DNA of 19,616 bases from an uncultured bacterium (GCA_964510165.1 CAZEBC010000032.1:7487-27102); one strand, 5' to 3'. Shown: positions 7,678 to 17,573, counted from the stretch's first letter. A program made the numbers and translations. The notes: generated from the sequence alone by a model not told the origin.

Positions 7678-7703
7678 CTTTGCTTTCGCCGGGATGCTAG
7701 AAT
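7674..7703 (+). promoter_or_regulatory. Putative sigma70 promoter for the nucleotide-sugar operon
   Basis: TTGACT (7674-7679), 18-nt spacer, TAGAAT (7698-7703), with the extended -10 TGn. Confidence 0.6.
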
Positions 7704-7754
7704 CACCCAAAAGACTGGCGAATCTGTCATCGCGTTCGGTAACTTCAAGGAACG

Positions 7755-8921
7755 TTGAAGGAAACTGTGTCACAGTCCCCCGTCGCACCCGCCGGAATCC
7801 CTCTCTGCAAGCCTTATCTCTCGGAGGAAGAGCAACAGGCGGTCGCCGACGTGCTCCGGTCGGGCTGGCTGATGCAAGGCTCGAAGGTGGCCGAATTCGA
7901 ACGACTTATCGCCGACTATGTCGGGGTGAAATACGCCGTGGCCGTTAATTCGGGGACCTCAGCCCTCACGCTCGCGCTTGCCGCAGCCGGCCTTCTTCCC
8001 GGCGACGAGGTGATAACCCCTTCGCATTCGTTCGTGGCCACGGCCAACTGCTCGCTGCATCTCGGCTGTGAGCCTGTCTTTGTTGACATCGCACCCGACG
8101 ATTACAACATCGCCCCATCGAGAATACGAGCGGCCATAAACAAGCGCACGCGCGCAATCATGGTGGTCCATCAAATCGGCATTCCGGCCGATATGGACGC
8201 CGTCATGTCAATCGCGAAAGAACATGACCTGATTGTGATCGAGGACGCCGCATGCTCTCTCGGCTCACGCTATCGCGGCCGAATGACCGGCAGCTTCGGA
8301 GACGCCGCCTGTTTCAGCTTTCATCCACGCAAAATCATTACCACTGGCGAGGGAGGAATGGTGGTGACGGATTCGGCGGACATCGCTGAGTACGTCCGAA
8401 GCGCGCGCAATCACGGATTGAGGCAATCGAACACGTGTCGCGCGCCGGAATATGATAAAATAGGCTTTAATTACAGGCTCACGGATATCCAGGCGGCGAT
8501 AGGTATCATACAGTTTCACAAGATTGAAGAGATAATCAACGCGCGAACCCGGCTCGCCGCGCGGTATGACCGGGCGATCTCGGACATGCCGGAGTTAAAG
8601 CTTCCGAAACAGGCCGCCGGAATGGTCCCCAACTATCAGAGCTATGTCGTCGAGGTTGTTCACACGGCGCTCAATCGTGATGCGATGATCGAACATATGA
8701 AGAAACGGGATGTTCATTGCAGACCCGGCATCCAGCCGATACATCTGGAGCCCCTGTACGCCCGACACGCCAGCGCGCATCTGCCCGAGACGCTTCGGGC
8801 GGCCCGACGCTCGTTCTTCCTCCCGCTGTACCCTTCGATGACGACTCAAGAACAGGATCATGTGATACGCAGCCTCAAGGAAGCGGTTAGGGAATGCCTC
8901 GCCGGAAAGGAAAGCCGATGA
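7755..8921 (+). CDS. DegT/DnrJ/EryC1/StrS family PLP-dependent sugar aminotransferase
   Basis: [23 protein letters not shown] and [15 protein letters not shown] (PLP lysine). TTG start after AAGGA; exact start uncertain. Confidence 0.92.
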   Translation: MKETVSQSPVAPAGIPLCKPYLSEEEQQAVADVLRSGWLMQGSKVAEFERLIADYVGVKYAVAVNSGTSALTLALAAAGLLPGDEVITPSHSFVATANCSLHLGCEPVFVDIAPDDYNIAPSRIRAAINKRTRAIMVVHQIGIPADMDAVMSIAKEHDLIVIEDAACSLGSRYRGRMTGSFGDAACFSFHPRKIITTGEGGMVVTDSADIAEYVRSARNHGLRQSNTCRAPEYDKIGFNYRLTDIQAAIGIIQFHKIEEIINARTRLAARYDRAISDMPELKLPKQAAGMVPNYQSYVVEVVHTALNRDAMIEHMKKRDVHCRPGIQPIHLEPLYARHASAHLPETLRAARRSFFLPLYPSMTTQEQDHVIRSLKEAVRECLAGKESR

Positions 8922-9889
8922 GGGCGCTTATTACAGGGATAACCGGCCAGGACGGCTCATACCTGGCCGACTTTCTGCTGGAAAAAGGGTACGACGTATA
9001 CGGGATGGTCAGGCGCTCCAGCACGGAGAATTTCGAGCGGATCAAACACATCCGCGACAAGGTGACCCTCGTTCAGGCCGACCTGATGGACCAGGTCTCG
9101 ATGATAAAGATCATGGACGAAATCCGGCCCAAGGAGGTCTATAACCTTGCGGCGATGTCGTTCGTGCCCACCTCATGGGACCAACCCGTGTTGACCGGCG
9201 AGGTGACCGCGCTCGGCGTGACGCGCGTCCTCGAGGCCATCAAGGTGGTCGACCGCAAAATAAAGTTCTACCAGGCGTCCAGCAGCGAGATGTTCGGGAA
9301 AGTGGTTGAAACGCCTCAGACCGAGAAGACCCCGTTCTATCCGCGAAGCCCCTATGGCGTGGCCAAGGTGTATGGACATTGGATAACCGTCAATTATCGG
9401 GAGAGCTATGACATCTTCGCGTGCTCCGGCATCCTGTTCAACCACGAGTCGCCCCGGCGCGGCCTGGAATTCGTGACGCGAAAGGTCACGCACGGGGCCG
9501 CCAGGATAAAGCTGGGGTTGGCGTCTGAGCTCCGATTGGGTAATCTCGACGCCCGCAGGGATTGGGGTTACGCCCTGGATTATGTGGAAGCAATGTGGCT
9601 GATGCTTCAGCAGGACAGGTCCGACACCTACGTGATCAGTTCCGAGGAAACCCATTCCGTGCGGGAACTGGTCGAGGCTGCATTCAGCCACCTCGACCTT
9701 GATTGGCAGCAATATGTGAAGACCGACCCGCGCCTGGTGAGGCCCGCCGAGGTGGACCTGCTTCTCGGGAAATCCGAGAAGGCGCACAAGGAACTGAAAT
9801 GGTTCCCCACCACCTCGTTCAAAGACTTGATTACTCTTATGGTCGACTCCGACCTTAACGCGCTCAAACAGCAGAGACAGACCGCATGA
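8918..9889 (+). CDS. gmd: GDP-mannose 4,6-dehydratase
   Basis: [50 protein letters not shown] and RDWG. Start reassigned to ATG 8918 (ATGA overlap with the upstream stop). Confidence 0.96.
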   Translation: MRALITGITGQDGSYLADFLLEKGYDVYGMVRRSSTENFERIKHIRDKVTLVQADLMDQVSMIKIMDEIRPKEVYNLAAMSFVPTSWDQPVLTGEVTALGVTRVLEAIKVVDRKIKFYQASSSEMFGKVVETPQTEKTPFYPRSPYGVAKVYGHWITVNYRESYDIFACSGILFNHESPRRGLEFVTRKVTHGAARIKLGLASELRLGNLDARRDWGYALDYVEAMWLMLQQDRSDTYVISSEETHSVRELVEAAFSHLDLDWQQYVKTDPRLVRPAEVDLLLGKSEKAHKELKWFPTTSFKDLITLMVDSDLNALKQQRQTA

Positions 9890-10494
9890 AGAAGGCCCCT
9901 GCAAGATTCTTCGCCCATGAGACCGCCGTCATTGATGACCCGCTCTCCATCGGCGAAGGCACAAAGATATGGCATTTCTCCCATGTGATGTCCGGCGCGA
10001 GGGTGGGCCGCGGCTGCATTATTGGTCAGAACGTGTTCGTCGGAGCGACCGCAGTCATCGGAAACAATGTCAAGCTTCAGAACAATGTCTCAGTGTACGA
10101 CGGGGTGACCATCGAGGACGACGTGTTCTGCGGGCCATCATGCGTGTTTACGAACGTCATCAGGCCGCGCTCGGCCTTCCCCCGTCGCGACCGCAAGTTC
10201 GACTCTACGCTCATCCGCAAAGGCGCGACGATCGGCGCAAACGCCACCATTCTCTGCGGCGTGACGGTCGGAGAGCACGCCCTTGTCGGGGCGGGGTCCG
10301 TCGTGACGCGTGACGTGCCTGCGCATGCGCTCTGCCTTGGCAATCCCGCAAGACCGCGCGGCTGGGTCTGTGAGTGCGGAGGAACGCTCCAGCAGGTCGG
10401 ACGCGCGCGCAACCGCCTGGTCTGCCGGGAGTGCGACGCTCGCTACGAAAAGAAAAAAAACATGGTTGTCAAAGCGGAGGAACGGGCAAGATGA
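9886..10494 (+). CDS. Hexapeptide-repeat N-acetyltransferase, WbpD/WlbB-like
   Basis: [43 protein letters not shown] and a C-terminal CECG...CREC. ATGA-coupled at both ends. Confidence 0.9.
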   Translation: MKKAPARFFAHETAVIDDPLSIGEGTKIWHFSHVMSGARVGRGCIIGQNVFVGATAVIGNNVKLQNNVSVYDGVTIEDDVFCGPSCVFTNVIRPRSAFPRRDRKFDSTLIRKGATIGANATILCGVTVGEHALVGAGSVVTRDVPAHALCLGNPARPRGWVCECGGTLQQVGRARNRLVCRECDARYEKKKNMVVKAEERAR

Positions 10495-11507
10495 GGCTCC
10501 TGGTCACAGGTGGGGCTGGCTTCATAGGTTCCAATTTCATCCGTTACATGCTCGACAAGCACCCCCGGTACGAAATCATAAACTTCGACAAGCTCACCTA
10601 CGCAGGCAATCCCGACAACCTGCGGGACATCGAAAAGAATTCGCGCTATCGGTTCGTGAAGGGTGACATTGCCGATGCGGCCTCCATAGGCGAACTCGCG
10701 CCCCGTGTCGATGCCATCGTCAACTTTGCCGCCGAGACCCATGTGGACCGCAGCATCCACGAGCCGGGGGGATTCATTCAGACCGACATCGTCGGCATCT
10801 ACACCCTGCTCGAGGCCGTCCGCAAGCACAAGGTCGAAAAGCTCGTGCTCGTTTCGACCGATGAAGTGTACGGAAGCATTGATGAAGGCTCTTTCTGCGA
10901 GGCCGACCGGCTCAACCCCAGCAGCCCGTATTCCGCCAGCAAGGCCGGCGGCGAGTTGCTGGCGCTGGCATATCATAAAACCTTTCGCCTGCCGGTCTGC
11001 ATTACGCGCGGCTCCAACACGTATGGGCCTTACCAATATCCCGAAAAGGTGATTCCCCTTTTCGTGACCAACGCGCTCGATGATATCCCGCTGCCTCTGT
11101 ATGGAGACGGCAAGAACGTCCGCGACTGGTTGCACGTCCTCGACCATTGCAGCGCGGTCGACCTTGTCCTGCACAAAGGCACGCCCGGCGAGGTCTATAA
11201 CGTGGGCGGAGGCAACGAGCGAGCCAATATCGAGCTTACCCATATGATCCTGGAGATGCTCAACAAGCCAAAGTCGCTCATCAATATGGTTACCGACAGG
11301 CCCGCTCATGACCGCCGCTATTCCATCACCTGCGAGAAGATAGCACGCCTTGGATGGTCGCCGGCCCAAGCCTTCGAGGACGGACTCAAGTCCACCGTCC
11401 AGTGGTACGCCAGAAACGAATGGTGGTGGCGCAAGCTCAAGTCGGGCGAATACCTGGAATACTACAAGAAACAATACGTAACCGGATTAGATCCTGTGAA
11501 AGGATGA
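10491..11507 (+). CDS. rfbB: dTDP-glucose 4,6-dehydratase
   Basis: [50 protein letters not shown] and DRPAHDRRY. Start reassigned to ATG 10491 (GGAGG SD, ATGA overlap). Confidence 0.95.
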   Translation: MRLLVTGGAGFIGSNFIRYMLDKHPRYEIINFDKLTYAGNPDNLRDIEKNSRYRFVKGDIADAASIGELAPRVDAIVNFAAETHVDRSIHEPGGFIQTDIVGIYTLLEAVRKHKVEKLVLVSTDEVYGSIDEGSFCEADRLNPSSPYSASKAGGELLALAYHKTFRLPVCITRGSNTYGPYQYPEKVIPLFVTNALDDIPLPLYGDGKNVRDWLHVLDHCSAVDLVLHKGTPGEVYNVGGGNERANIELTHMILEMLNKPKSLINMVTDRPAHDRRYSITCEKIARLGWSPAQAFEDGLKSTVQWYARNEWWWRKLKSGEYLEYYKKQYVTGLDPVKG

Positions 11508-11510
11508 CCG

Positions 11511-12533
11511 ATGCTCAAGGTCGGCATAGTGGGTGCTGGAGATTGGGGCCGAAACCTGGTTCGGGTGTTCCATCAGATCAGGGATGTGAACCTGGCGTGG
11601 TGCTGCGACGCCGACCCGAAACGGTGCGAGGAAATCGCGCAGAGCTACCCGGACGTCACCATGACAGAGCGCTATGAGGACATCGTGGAAGACCCCGGCG
11701 TCGTTGCCGTGGTCGTCGCTTCCTCCACCGTCACCCATTATCCGTTTGCCAAGGCCGCGCTCGAATCGGGCAAACACGTATATGTCGAAAAGCCCCTCGC
11801 GCTCAACCCCTCGCACGCCGACGAGATGCTGGCCCTCGCCGAGTCAAAGGGACTGAAACTCATGGTCGGACACCTGCTCCTTTATCATCCGGCCGTCACG
11901 CATCTGAAGCGATTAGTCTCCTCGGGAGAACTCGGCGAAATCTATTACATCTACTCGCAACGCGTAAATCTCGGCAAAATCCGGCAGGACGAAAACGCGC
12001 TCTGGAGCTTCGCTCCTCACGATATCTCCGTCATACTCCACCTCCTTGACCAGGTTCCCGTGAGCGTGAGCGCGCGCGGAGAATCATACCTGCGACAAGG
12101 CGTCGAGGATGTCGTATTCGTCAACATGAAGTTCAAGAACCGCAAGATGGCCCAGCTTCAATTGAGCTGGCTCGACCCACACAAGGTCCGCAAAATCACC
12201 ATTGTCGGCAGCAAAAAGATGGTTGTGTTCGACGACGTGGAAAGCACCGAAAAACTCAAGATTTTCGACAAGGGAGCGGTGAACACCACCTACGAGAGTT
12301 ACGGTGACTCCATCACGCTCCGCTTCGGCGACATCAATATTCCTCACATAAGAATGACCGAGCCTCTGCGGGCCGAATGCCAGCACTTTATAGATTGCAT
12401 ACGTAATAACACAAGGCCGCTCACCGACGGCGCCGACGGCGCGCGCGTCGTCCGAATCCTTGAGGCCGCCCAGCGCTCCATGGACAACGACGGCACACCG
12501 GTCGAAATCAAGGAATCCAGGCACGCACAATGA
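11511..12533 (+). CDS. Gfo/Idh/MocA family oxidoreductase (probable WbpB/WlbA-like sugar-nucleotide 3-dehydrogenase)
   Basis: GIVGAGDWGRNL, HVYVEKP, MVGH and APHDIS. The specific role is inferred from gene context. Confidence 0.88.
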   Translation: MLKVGIVGAGDWGRNLVRVFHQIRDVNLAWCCDADPKRCEEIAQSYPDVTMTERYEDIVEDPGVVAVVVASSTVTHYPFAKAALESGKHVYVEKPLALNPSHADEMLALAESKGLKLMVGHLLLYHPAVTHLKRLVSSGELGEIYYIYSQRVNLGKIRQDENALWSFAPHDISVILHLLDQVPVSVSARGESYLRQGVEDVVFVNMKFKNRKMAQLQLSWLDPHKVRKITIVGSKKMVVFDDVESTEKLKIFDKGAVNTTYESYGDSITLRFGDINIPHIRMTEPLRAECQHFIDCIRNNTRPLTDGADGARVVRILEAAQRSMDNDGTPVEIKESRHAQ

Positions 12534-13693
12534 AGACGCAGATACCTGTACTTGACCTCAGGCCTCAGATTGACGCGCATCGCGCCGAGATCATGGACGC
12601 CATCAATTCAGTCATCGACAGCACCCGCTTTGTGCTCGGACCTGAGGTCTCGGAACTCGAAACCGCCGTCGCCTCATACGTCGGCTGCACGCATGGAATC
12701 GGCGTGGCCTCCGGAAGCGATGCCCTGCTCATTGCGCTAATGGCGCTCGGCGTCGGCGAGAAGGACGCCGTCATCACCACACCCTACACGTTTTTTGCGA
12801 CCGTCGGCGCGATATGCAGAGTCGGCGCACTTCCGATATTCATTGACATCCGGCCCGATTCGTTCAATATCGACGAAGCGAAACTCGCTGAATACCTCGA
12901 GAACGGCTGCAAGGCCGATGCTGGCGGACCCCCTCGCGACAGGGCCACCGGCCGGCTCGTCCGCGCTATCATTCCGGTGCATCTGTTCGGCCAATGCGCC
13001 GATATGGAGTCCATCATGTCGCTCGCGCGCGAGTACGACCTGACCGTGATCGAGGATGCCGCCCAGGCGCTCGGCGCCCGCTGCAACGGGGCGTTCGCAG
13101 GCTCCATAGGCCACATGGGATGCTTCAGCTTCTATCCCACAAAGAACCTCGGCGGCTTCGGCGATGGCGGCATGATCACCACCTCGGATGACTCTCTGGC
13201 GGAAATGTGCCGCATCCTGCGCGTGCACGGCAGCAAGCCCAAGTATTATCATTCCTTCATCGGGATCAACAGCCGCCTCGACTCGATCCAGGCGGCGGTG
13301 CTGAAGATCGGCATGAAGTATCTCGATGAATGGTCGCGCATGAGGCGTGAGCATGCGCTCGCGTATGCCGACTTGCTCAAGAGGATCAGCCCGATGGTCC
13401 TGCCGGCCGTCTTGCCCGGCCAACATCATGTGTTCAACCAATTTGTTATCCGCTCTGACAGGCGGGATGCCCTCAGAAAATTCCTGACCGACAGGGGCAT
13501 CGGAACCGAAATCTATTATCCCCTCCCGCTCCATTTGCAGCGGTGTTTCGCTCATCTGGGCTATAAACAGGGAGACTTCCCCGAATCCGAGCGCGCGGCG
13601 GCCGAGTCGCTCGCGATTCCAATGTTTCCATATCTGGCCGAAGACCAAAGGGTGATGGTTGCAAATGCGATCAAAGAATTCCAACGCCAATAA
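12530..13693 (+). CDS. DegT family aminotransferase, WbpE/WlbC-like
   Basis: ASGSDAL, TFFAT, PVHLFGQ, IEDAAQA, FSFYPTKNLGGFGDGG, NSRLDSIQAA and YYPLPLHLQ. Confidence 0.92.
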   Translation: MKTQIPVLDLRPQIDAHRAEIMDAINSVIDSTRFVLGPEVSELETAVASYVGCTHGIGVASGSDALLIALMALGVGEKDAVITTPYTFFATVGAICRVGALPIFIDIRPDSFNIDEAKLAEYLENGCKADAGGPPRDRATGRLVRAIIPVHLFGQCADMESIMSLAREYDLTVIEDAAQALGARCNGAFAGSIGHMGCFSFYPTKNLGGFGDGGMITTSDDSLAEMCRILRVHGSKPKYYHSFIGINSRLDSIQAAVLKIGMKYLDEWSRMRREHALAYADLLKRISPMVLPAVLPGQHHVFNQFVIRSDRRDALRKFLTDRGIGTEIYYPLPLHLQRCFAHLGYKQGDFPESERAAAESLAIPMFPYLAEDQRVMVANAIKEFQRQ

Positions 13694-15041
13694 TGTCAGC
13701 CGGGTTGCCGAGCCGCACTCGCCACTCGCCTCGAAGCTCGGGACGCTGATAGAGGAGAAACGCGCCCTCGTGGGCGTCATAGGCCTGGGCTATGTAGGAC
13801 TGCCCCTCGCACTCGAGTTCTGCCGCGCCGGTTTCTCCGTGCTCGGGTTCGATACCGACACCGCAAAGGTGAATTCCCTCAATAAGGGCAAGAGCTACAT
13901 CGGTCATATTCCATCAGACAAGATAAGCGCGTACACGCGCAACGCAATGTTCTCGGCGACCTCGGAGTTCTCACGCCTCTCGGAGCCGGATTGTATCACC
14001 ATATGCGTGCCGACACCCTTGAACCGACAGAAGGAGCCGGACCTGCGTTATGTGGCCGATACATCGTCCGCCATAGCCAAACGTCTGCGGAAGGGTCAGT
14101 TGATCATTCTCGAGAGCACCACGTATCCCGGCACCACCGAGGAATTGATGCTCCCCATCTTGAGCGCCAACCGGCTCGTGGCCGGAAAAGATTTCTTCAT
14201 CGCCTACTCCCCCGAGCGCGAAGACCCCGGAAACGCCAGGTTCCCGATCGAAAAAATACCCAAAGTCGTCGGAGGAATGAGCCCGCATTGTACCGAACTC
14301 GCCGAGAAACTGTATTCTAAGATTTTCCTCAGAGTCGTGCGCGTGTCATCCCCCCGCGCGGCTGAGATGACCAAACTGCTCGAGAACATATTCCGCTGCG
14401 TGAACATCGCGCTCGTGAACGAGATGAAAATCCTCTCCGAAAGAATGGGGATCGACATCTGGGAAGTCATCGAGGCCGCCTCAACAAAACCGTTCGGCTT
14501 CATGCCGTTCTATCCCGGACCAGGACTGGGCGGTCACTGCATCCCCATTGACCCGTACTATCTCTCCTGGAAGGCGAGGGAATACGACTTCAACACGCGG
14601 TTCATCGAGCTTGCGGGCGATGTCAACACCTCGGTCCCGTATCATGTTGTCCAGCGTGTGGTCGATGCGCTGAACGTCAGGAACCGAAGCATCAGCGGCG
14701 CGCGTGTGCTGATCCTGGGCATCGCCTACAAACCCGACGTCGACGATATGCGCGAGTCGCCCGCAATCAAGATCATAGAGCTGTTCCTCAACCGGAAAGC
14801 CAAAGTGTTTTACAATGACCCGCACATACCGCGCTTCCCGAAACTGCGTAAGTACGATTTTGAGATGGAGTCTGTTCAACTGACTCCCAGGCTGCTCAGG
14901 TCAATGGACTGCGCCGTGATCGTGACCAATCACTCGAAATACGATTATGATTTCATTGTGAAGCACTCGAAATTGGTGGTCGACACGCGCAACGCCACCC
15001 GTGGCGTGAAAGCAGGCAAAACAAAGATCATCAAGGCATAG
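13665..15041 (+). CDS. Nucleotide-sugar 6-dehydrogenase, WbpA-like (UDP-GlcNAc dehydrogenase family)
   Basis: GLGYVGLPLA, CVPTP, ESTTYPGTT, SPEREDPGN, KLLENIFR, PGPGLGGHCIPIDP and DMRESP. Start uncertain (TTG 13659 or ATG 13665). Confidence 0.92.
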   Translation: MRSKNSNANNVSRVAEPHSPLASKLGTLIEEKRALVGVIGLGYVGLPLALEFCRAGFSVLGFDTDTAKVNSLNKGKSYIGHIPSDKISAYTRNAMFSATSEFSRLSEPDCITICVPTPLNRQKEPDLRYVADTSSAIAKRLRKGQLIILESTTYPGTTEELMLPILSANRLVAGKDFFIAYSPEREDPGNARFPIEKIPKVVGGMSPHCTELAEKLYSKIFLRVVRVSSPRAAEMTKLLENIFRCVNIALVNEMKILSERMGIDIWEVIEAASTKPFGFMPFYPGPGLGGHCIPIDPYYLSWKAREYDFNTRFIELAGDVNTSVPYHVVQRVVDALNVRNRSISGARVLILGIAYKPDVDDMRESPAIKIIELFLNRKAKVFYNDPHIPRFPKLRKYDFEMESVQLTPRLLRSMDCAVIVTNHSKYDYDFIVKHSKLVVDTRNATRGVKAGKTKIIKA

Positions 15042-15064
15042 CCTGTACTGCTATATACAGCGAA

Positions 15065-15178
15065 ATACGTCATTCCCGCATACGTCATTCCCGCAAAAGC
15101 GGGAATCCAACCCTCTCCCCCCGGGAGAGGGCGTATTCAACGTTGACCCTCTCCCCCCGGGAGAGGGCAGGGTGAGGG
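15065..15178. repeat. Composite repeat block: 15-bp tandem duplication, a CGTC-type/dRS3-like palindrome and two CCCTCTCCC palindromes
   Basis: ATACGTCATTCCCGC twice (15065-15094); ATTCCC-GCAAAAGC-GGGAAT (15087-15106); 23-bp direct repeat ACCCTCTCCCCCCGGGAGAGGGC at 15110-15132 and 15146-15168; tail GGGTGAGGG. Confidence 0.85.
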
Positions 15179-15221
15179 AACTTCGGATACCGCACTGTGA
15201 AGCATCTTTGGAGATAGTCAA

Positions 15222-16520
15222 ATGAATATTTGCGTCATCGGCACCGGATACGTTGGACTCGTAACCGGCACCTGTCTCGCCGAGATGGGAAACGACGTGA
15301 TCTGCGTCGATATCGACGAGAAACGAATCGAAATGCTCAGACGCGGGCGCATGCCCATTTACGAACTCGGCCTCGAACAACTCGTAAAGCGCAACGCCCA
15401 CGAGAACCGGCTGTCCTTCTCGACCGACACCGCAGAGGCAGTCCGGAAATCGCTGCTCGTCTTCATCGCTGTCGGGACGCCCTGCAACAACGACGGCTCG
15501 TGCGACCTCTCCCAAGTATTTGATGTCGCCCGGAAAATCGCCGACTCGATGGACAACTACAAGATCGTCATCCTGAAAAGCACCGTGCAGGTAGGCACGG
15601 CGGATGCGGTGCGCGACCTCATTCGCGCGAGGACTTCCGTAAAGTTCGACGTCGTGTCGAATCCCGAATTCCTCAAGGAGGGCACGGCCATAGACGACTT
15701 CATGAGGCCCGACCGCGTCGTGATAGGGACCGACAGCCCGCGCGCCGCCGAGATCATGAAGGAGCTTTATCGCCCGTTTGTCCGGACCAACCGACCCATA
15801 ATTGTCATGGACAACCGGAGCGCCGAACTCGTCAAGTACGCGGCCAATGCCATGCTGGCAACCCGCATCTCCTTCATAAACGAGATAGCAAACCTGTGCG
15901 AGAAGATCGGCGCCGACGTGAACGCCGTCAGGCAGGGCATCGGCTCGGACGAACGCATCGGGTTCACGTTCCTGTTCCCCGGCATCGGATACGGCGGCTC
16001 GTGCTTCCCGAAAGACGTCAAGGCGATTGCCGCCACCGCGCGTGAATACGGCTGCCGGATGCAGATTCTCGAGGCCGTCGACGAGGTCAACACCAGGCAG
16101 AAGACCATCCTCGTTCCCAAGATAAGACTCCACTTCGACGGGCAGCTTCAGGGAAAGGTGCTCGCCATGTGGGGGTTGTCCTTCAAGCCCAAGACTGACG
16201 ACATGCGCGAAGCCCCCTCCATCAGCATCGTCAACGAGCTCCTGCCGGAGGGAGTAAGGTTCCAGGTGCACGACCCCGTCGCGATGAAGGAAGCCCGAAA
16301 AGCCTTTGGCCGTAAGGTAGAATACTGCGAGATGCCCTACGACGCGGTCAAGGGAGCGCATGCGCTCATCCTGGCCACCGAATGGACGGAATTCCGTAAC
16401 CCCGATTTCGAACGCATGCGCGCGCTCATGGCAGGCAACGCCATCTTCGACGGTCGCAACATCTACGACGCCAAGCTCATGCGTGAGAAGGGGTTTGTGT
16501 ATTATGGCGTCGGGCAATAG
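15222..16520 (+). CDS. ugd: UDP-glucose 6-dehydrogenase
   Basis: IGTGYVGL, AVGTP, KSTV, SNPEFLKEG, KYAANAMLATRISFINE, GYGGSCFPKD and FKPKTDDMREAP. GGAG SD. Confidence 0.93.
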   Translation: MNICVIGTGYVGLVTGTCLAEMGNDVICVDIDEKRIEMLRRGRMPIYELGLEQLVKRNAHENRLSFSTDTAEAVRKSLLVFIAVGTPCNNDGSCDLSQVFDVARKIADSMDNYKIVILKSTVQVGTADAVRDLIRARTSVKFDVVSNPEFLKEGTAIDDFMRPDRVVIGTDSPRAAEIMKELYRPFVRTNRPIIVMDNRSAELVKYAANAMLATRISFINEIANLCEKIGADVNAVRQGIGSDERIGFTFLFPGIGYGGSCFPKDVKAIAATAREYGCRMQILEAVDEVNTRQKTILVPKIRLHFDGQLQGKVLAMWGLSFKPKTDDMREAPSISIVNELLPEGVRFQVHDPVAMKEARKAFGRKVEYCEMPYDAVKGAHALILATEWTEFRNPDFERMRALMAGNAIFDGRNIYDAKLMREKGFVYYGVGQ

Positions 16521-16523
16521 CGC

Positions 16524-17477
16524 ATGCGGGCAGTCCACATGAAGGTTATGGTCACAGGCGCCGCAGGCTTCATCGGGTCATCACTCTCAGAACGACTGCT
16601 CGCGCTCAAACATGATGTCACGGGCATTGACTGCCTCACCGACTACTATCCGCCCGAGATCAAACGGCGAAACCTTGAAGCCGCGCTCCAAAACCCCCGA
16701 TTCTCTTTCCTCCAACAGGATATTCTCGCCGCCGACCTTCCCGTGCTCCTGGCCGGATGCGACGTGGTGTTCCACCAGGCGGCCCAGGCCGGCGTGCGCG
16801 CAAGCTGGGGGCGCAACTTCGAGATATACACGAATAACAACGTGCTCGCGACTCAGCGACTGCTCGAGGCCGCAAAAAACTTGCCTCTCACGCGGTTCGT
16901 GTTCGCATCGTCTTCGTCGGTGTACGGCGACGCCCGAAAGATGCCCGCCCATGAAGACGACCCTCTACTGCCCGTCTCGCCATACGGAGTCACCAAGCTT
17001 GCCGCCGAGAACCTCTGCAGGCTATACCACAAATATTTTGGCGTGCCAATCGTCGCGCTCCGCTATTTCACCGTGTACGGCCCGCGACAGCGGCCCGACA
17101 TGGCCTTCCATAAATTCATCCGGGCAATGCTGCGCGGCGAAAAACTGCCCATCTTCGGGAACGGCGAGCAGACGCGCGATTTCACCTACATTGATGACGC
17201 AGTCGACGCCAACCTCCTCGCAATGGAGAAAGGCCGCCCCGGCGCAGTCTACAATATCGGCGGCGGCTCGCGAATCTCATTGAACCACGCCATCGCGCTC
17301 CTCGAAAAAATCATGGGAAAGAAGGCCAACCGCAGTCAGGACTCCCCGCAGATGGGCGACGTGCTCCACACCTGGGCCGACACCACCCTCGCCCGCCAGA
17401 ACCTCGGCTTCATCCCCCGCATCGGCATGGAAGAAGGCCTGCGAAGAGAACTCGCCTGGCTCTCCTCTCTGCAATGA
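16524..17477 (+). CDS. NAD-dependent epimerase/dehydratase (UDP-glucuronate/UDP-glucose 4-epimerase-like SDR)
   Basis: VTGAAGFIGS, AAQAGVR, ASSSSVYG, YGVTK (YxxxK), RYFTVYGPRQRPDMA and RDFTYIDD. The start may instead be ATG 16539. Confidence 0.92.
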   Translation: MRAVHMKVMVTGAAGFIGSSLSERLLALKHDVTGIDCLTDYYPPEIKRRNLEAALQNPRFSFLQQDILAADLPVLLAGCDVVFHQAAQAGVRASWGRNFEIYTNNNVLATQRLLEAAKNLPLTRFVFASSSSVYGDARKMPAHEDDPLLPVSPYGVTKLAAENLCRLYHKYFGVPIVALRYFTVYGPRQRPDMAFHKFIRAMLRGEKLPIFGNGEQTRDFTYIDDAVDANLLAMEKGRPGAVYNIGGGSRISLNHAIALLEKIMGKKANRSQDSPQMGDVLHTWADTTLARQNLGFIPRIGMEEGLRRELAWLSSLQ

Positions 17478-17485
17478 CCAGCTAT

Positions 17486-17513
17486 TTGAAAAAACGGGCC
17501 GACATTATACAAT
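17486..17513 (+). promoter_or_regulatory. Possible sigma70 promoter for the MFS gene
   Basis: TTGAAA (17486-17491), 16-nt spacer, TACAAT (17508-17513), in an AT-rich gap. Confidence 0.45.
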
Positions 17514-17573
17514 GTATGTGTTTCCCATAAGCGCAATCACCCCTTCAACACGATACGAAAGAGAGGATATCCC

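Noticed and set aside
10448..10460. A4-G-A8 tract as a phase-variation switch
   Set aside because: It is short, encodes a Lys-rich stretch near the C-terminus, and the frame and ATGA coupling are intact.
13693..13749. TAATG-coupled ATG suggesting a frameshifted start for the dehydrogenase
   Set aside because: That frame closes after 18 codons, and an in-frame ATG at 13665 explains the gene without a frameshift.
9173..13780. Long antisense ORFs (243, 343 and 347 aa) opposite gmd, rfbB and the aminotransferase
   Set aside because: They overlap well-supported genes almost entirely on the opposite strand and show no family motifs.
15110..15168. Two 23-bp palindromic direct repeats as a mini-CRISPR
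   Set aside because: Only two units with a 13-bp spacer, no cas genes, and the same motif occurs alone at 3506.
15051..16538. 495-aa antisense ORF over ugd
   Set aside because: Shadow of a GC-rich, codon-biased gene with no recognisable motifs. Its tail is simply the translated repeat block.
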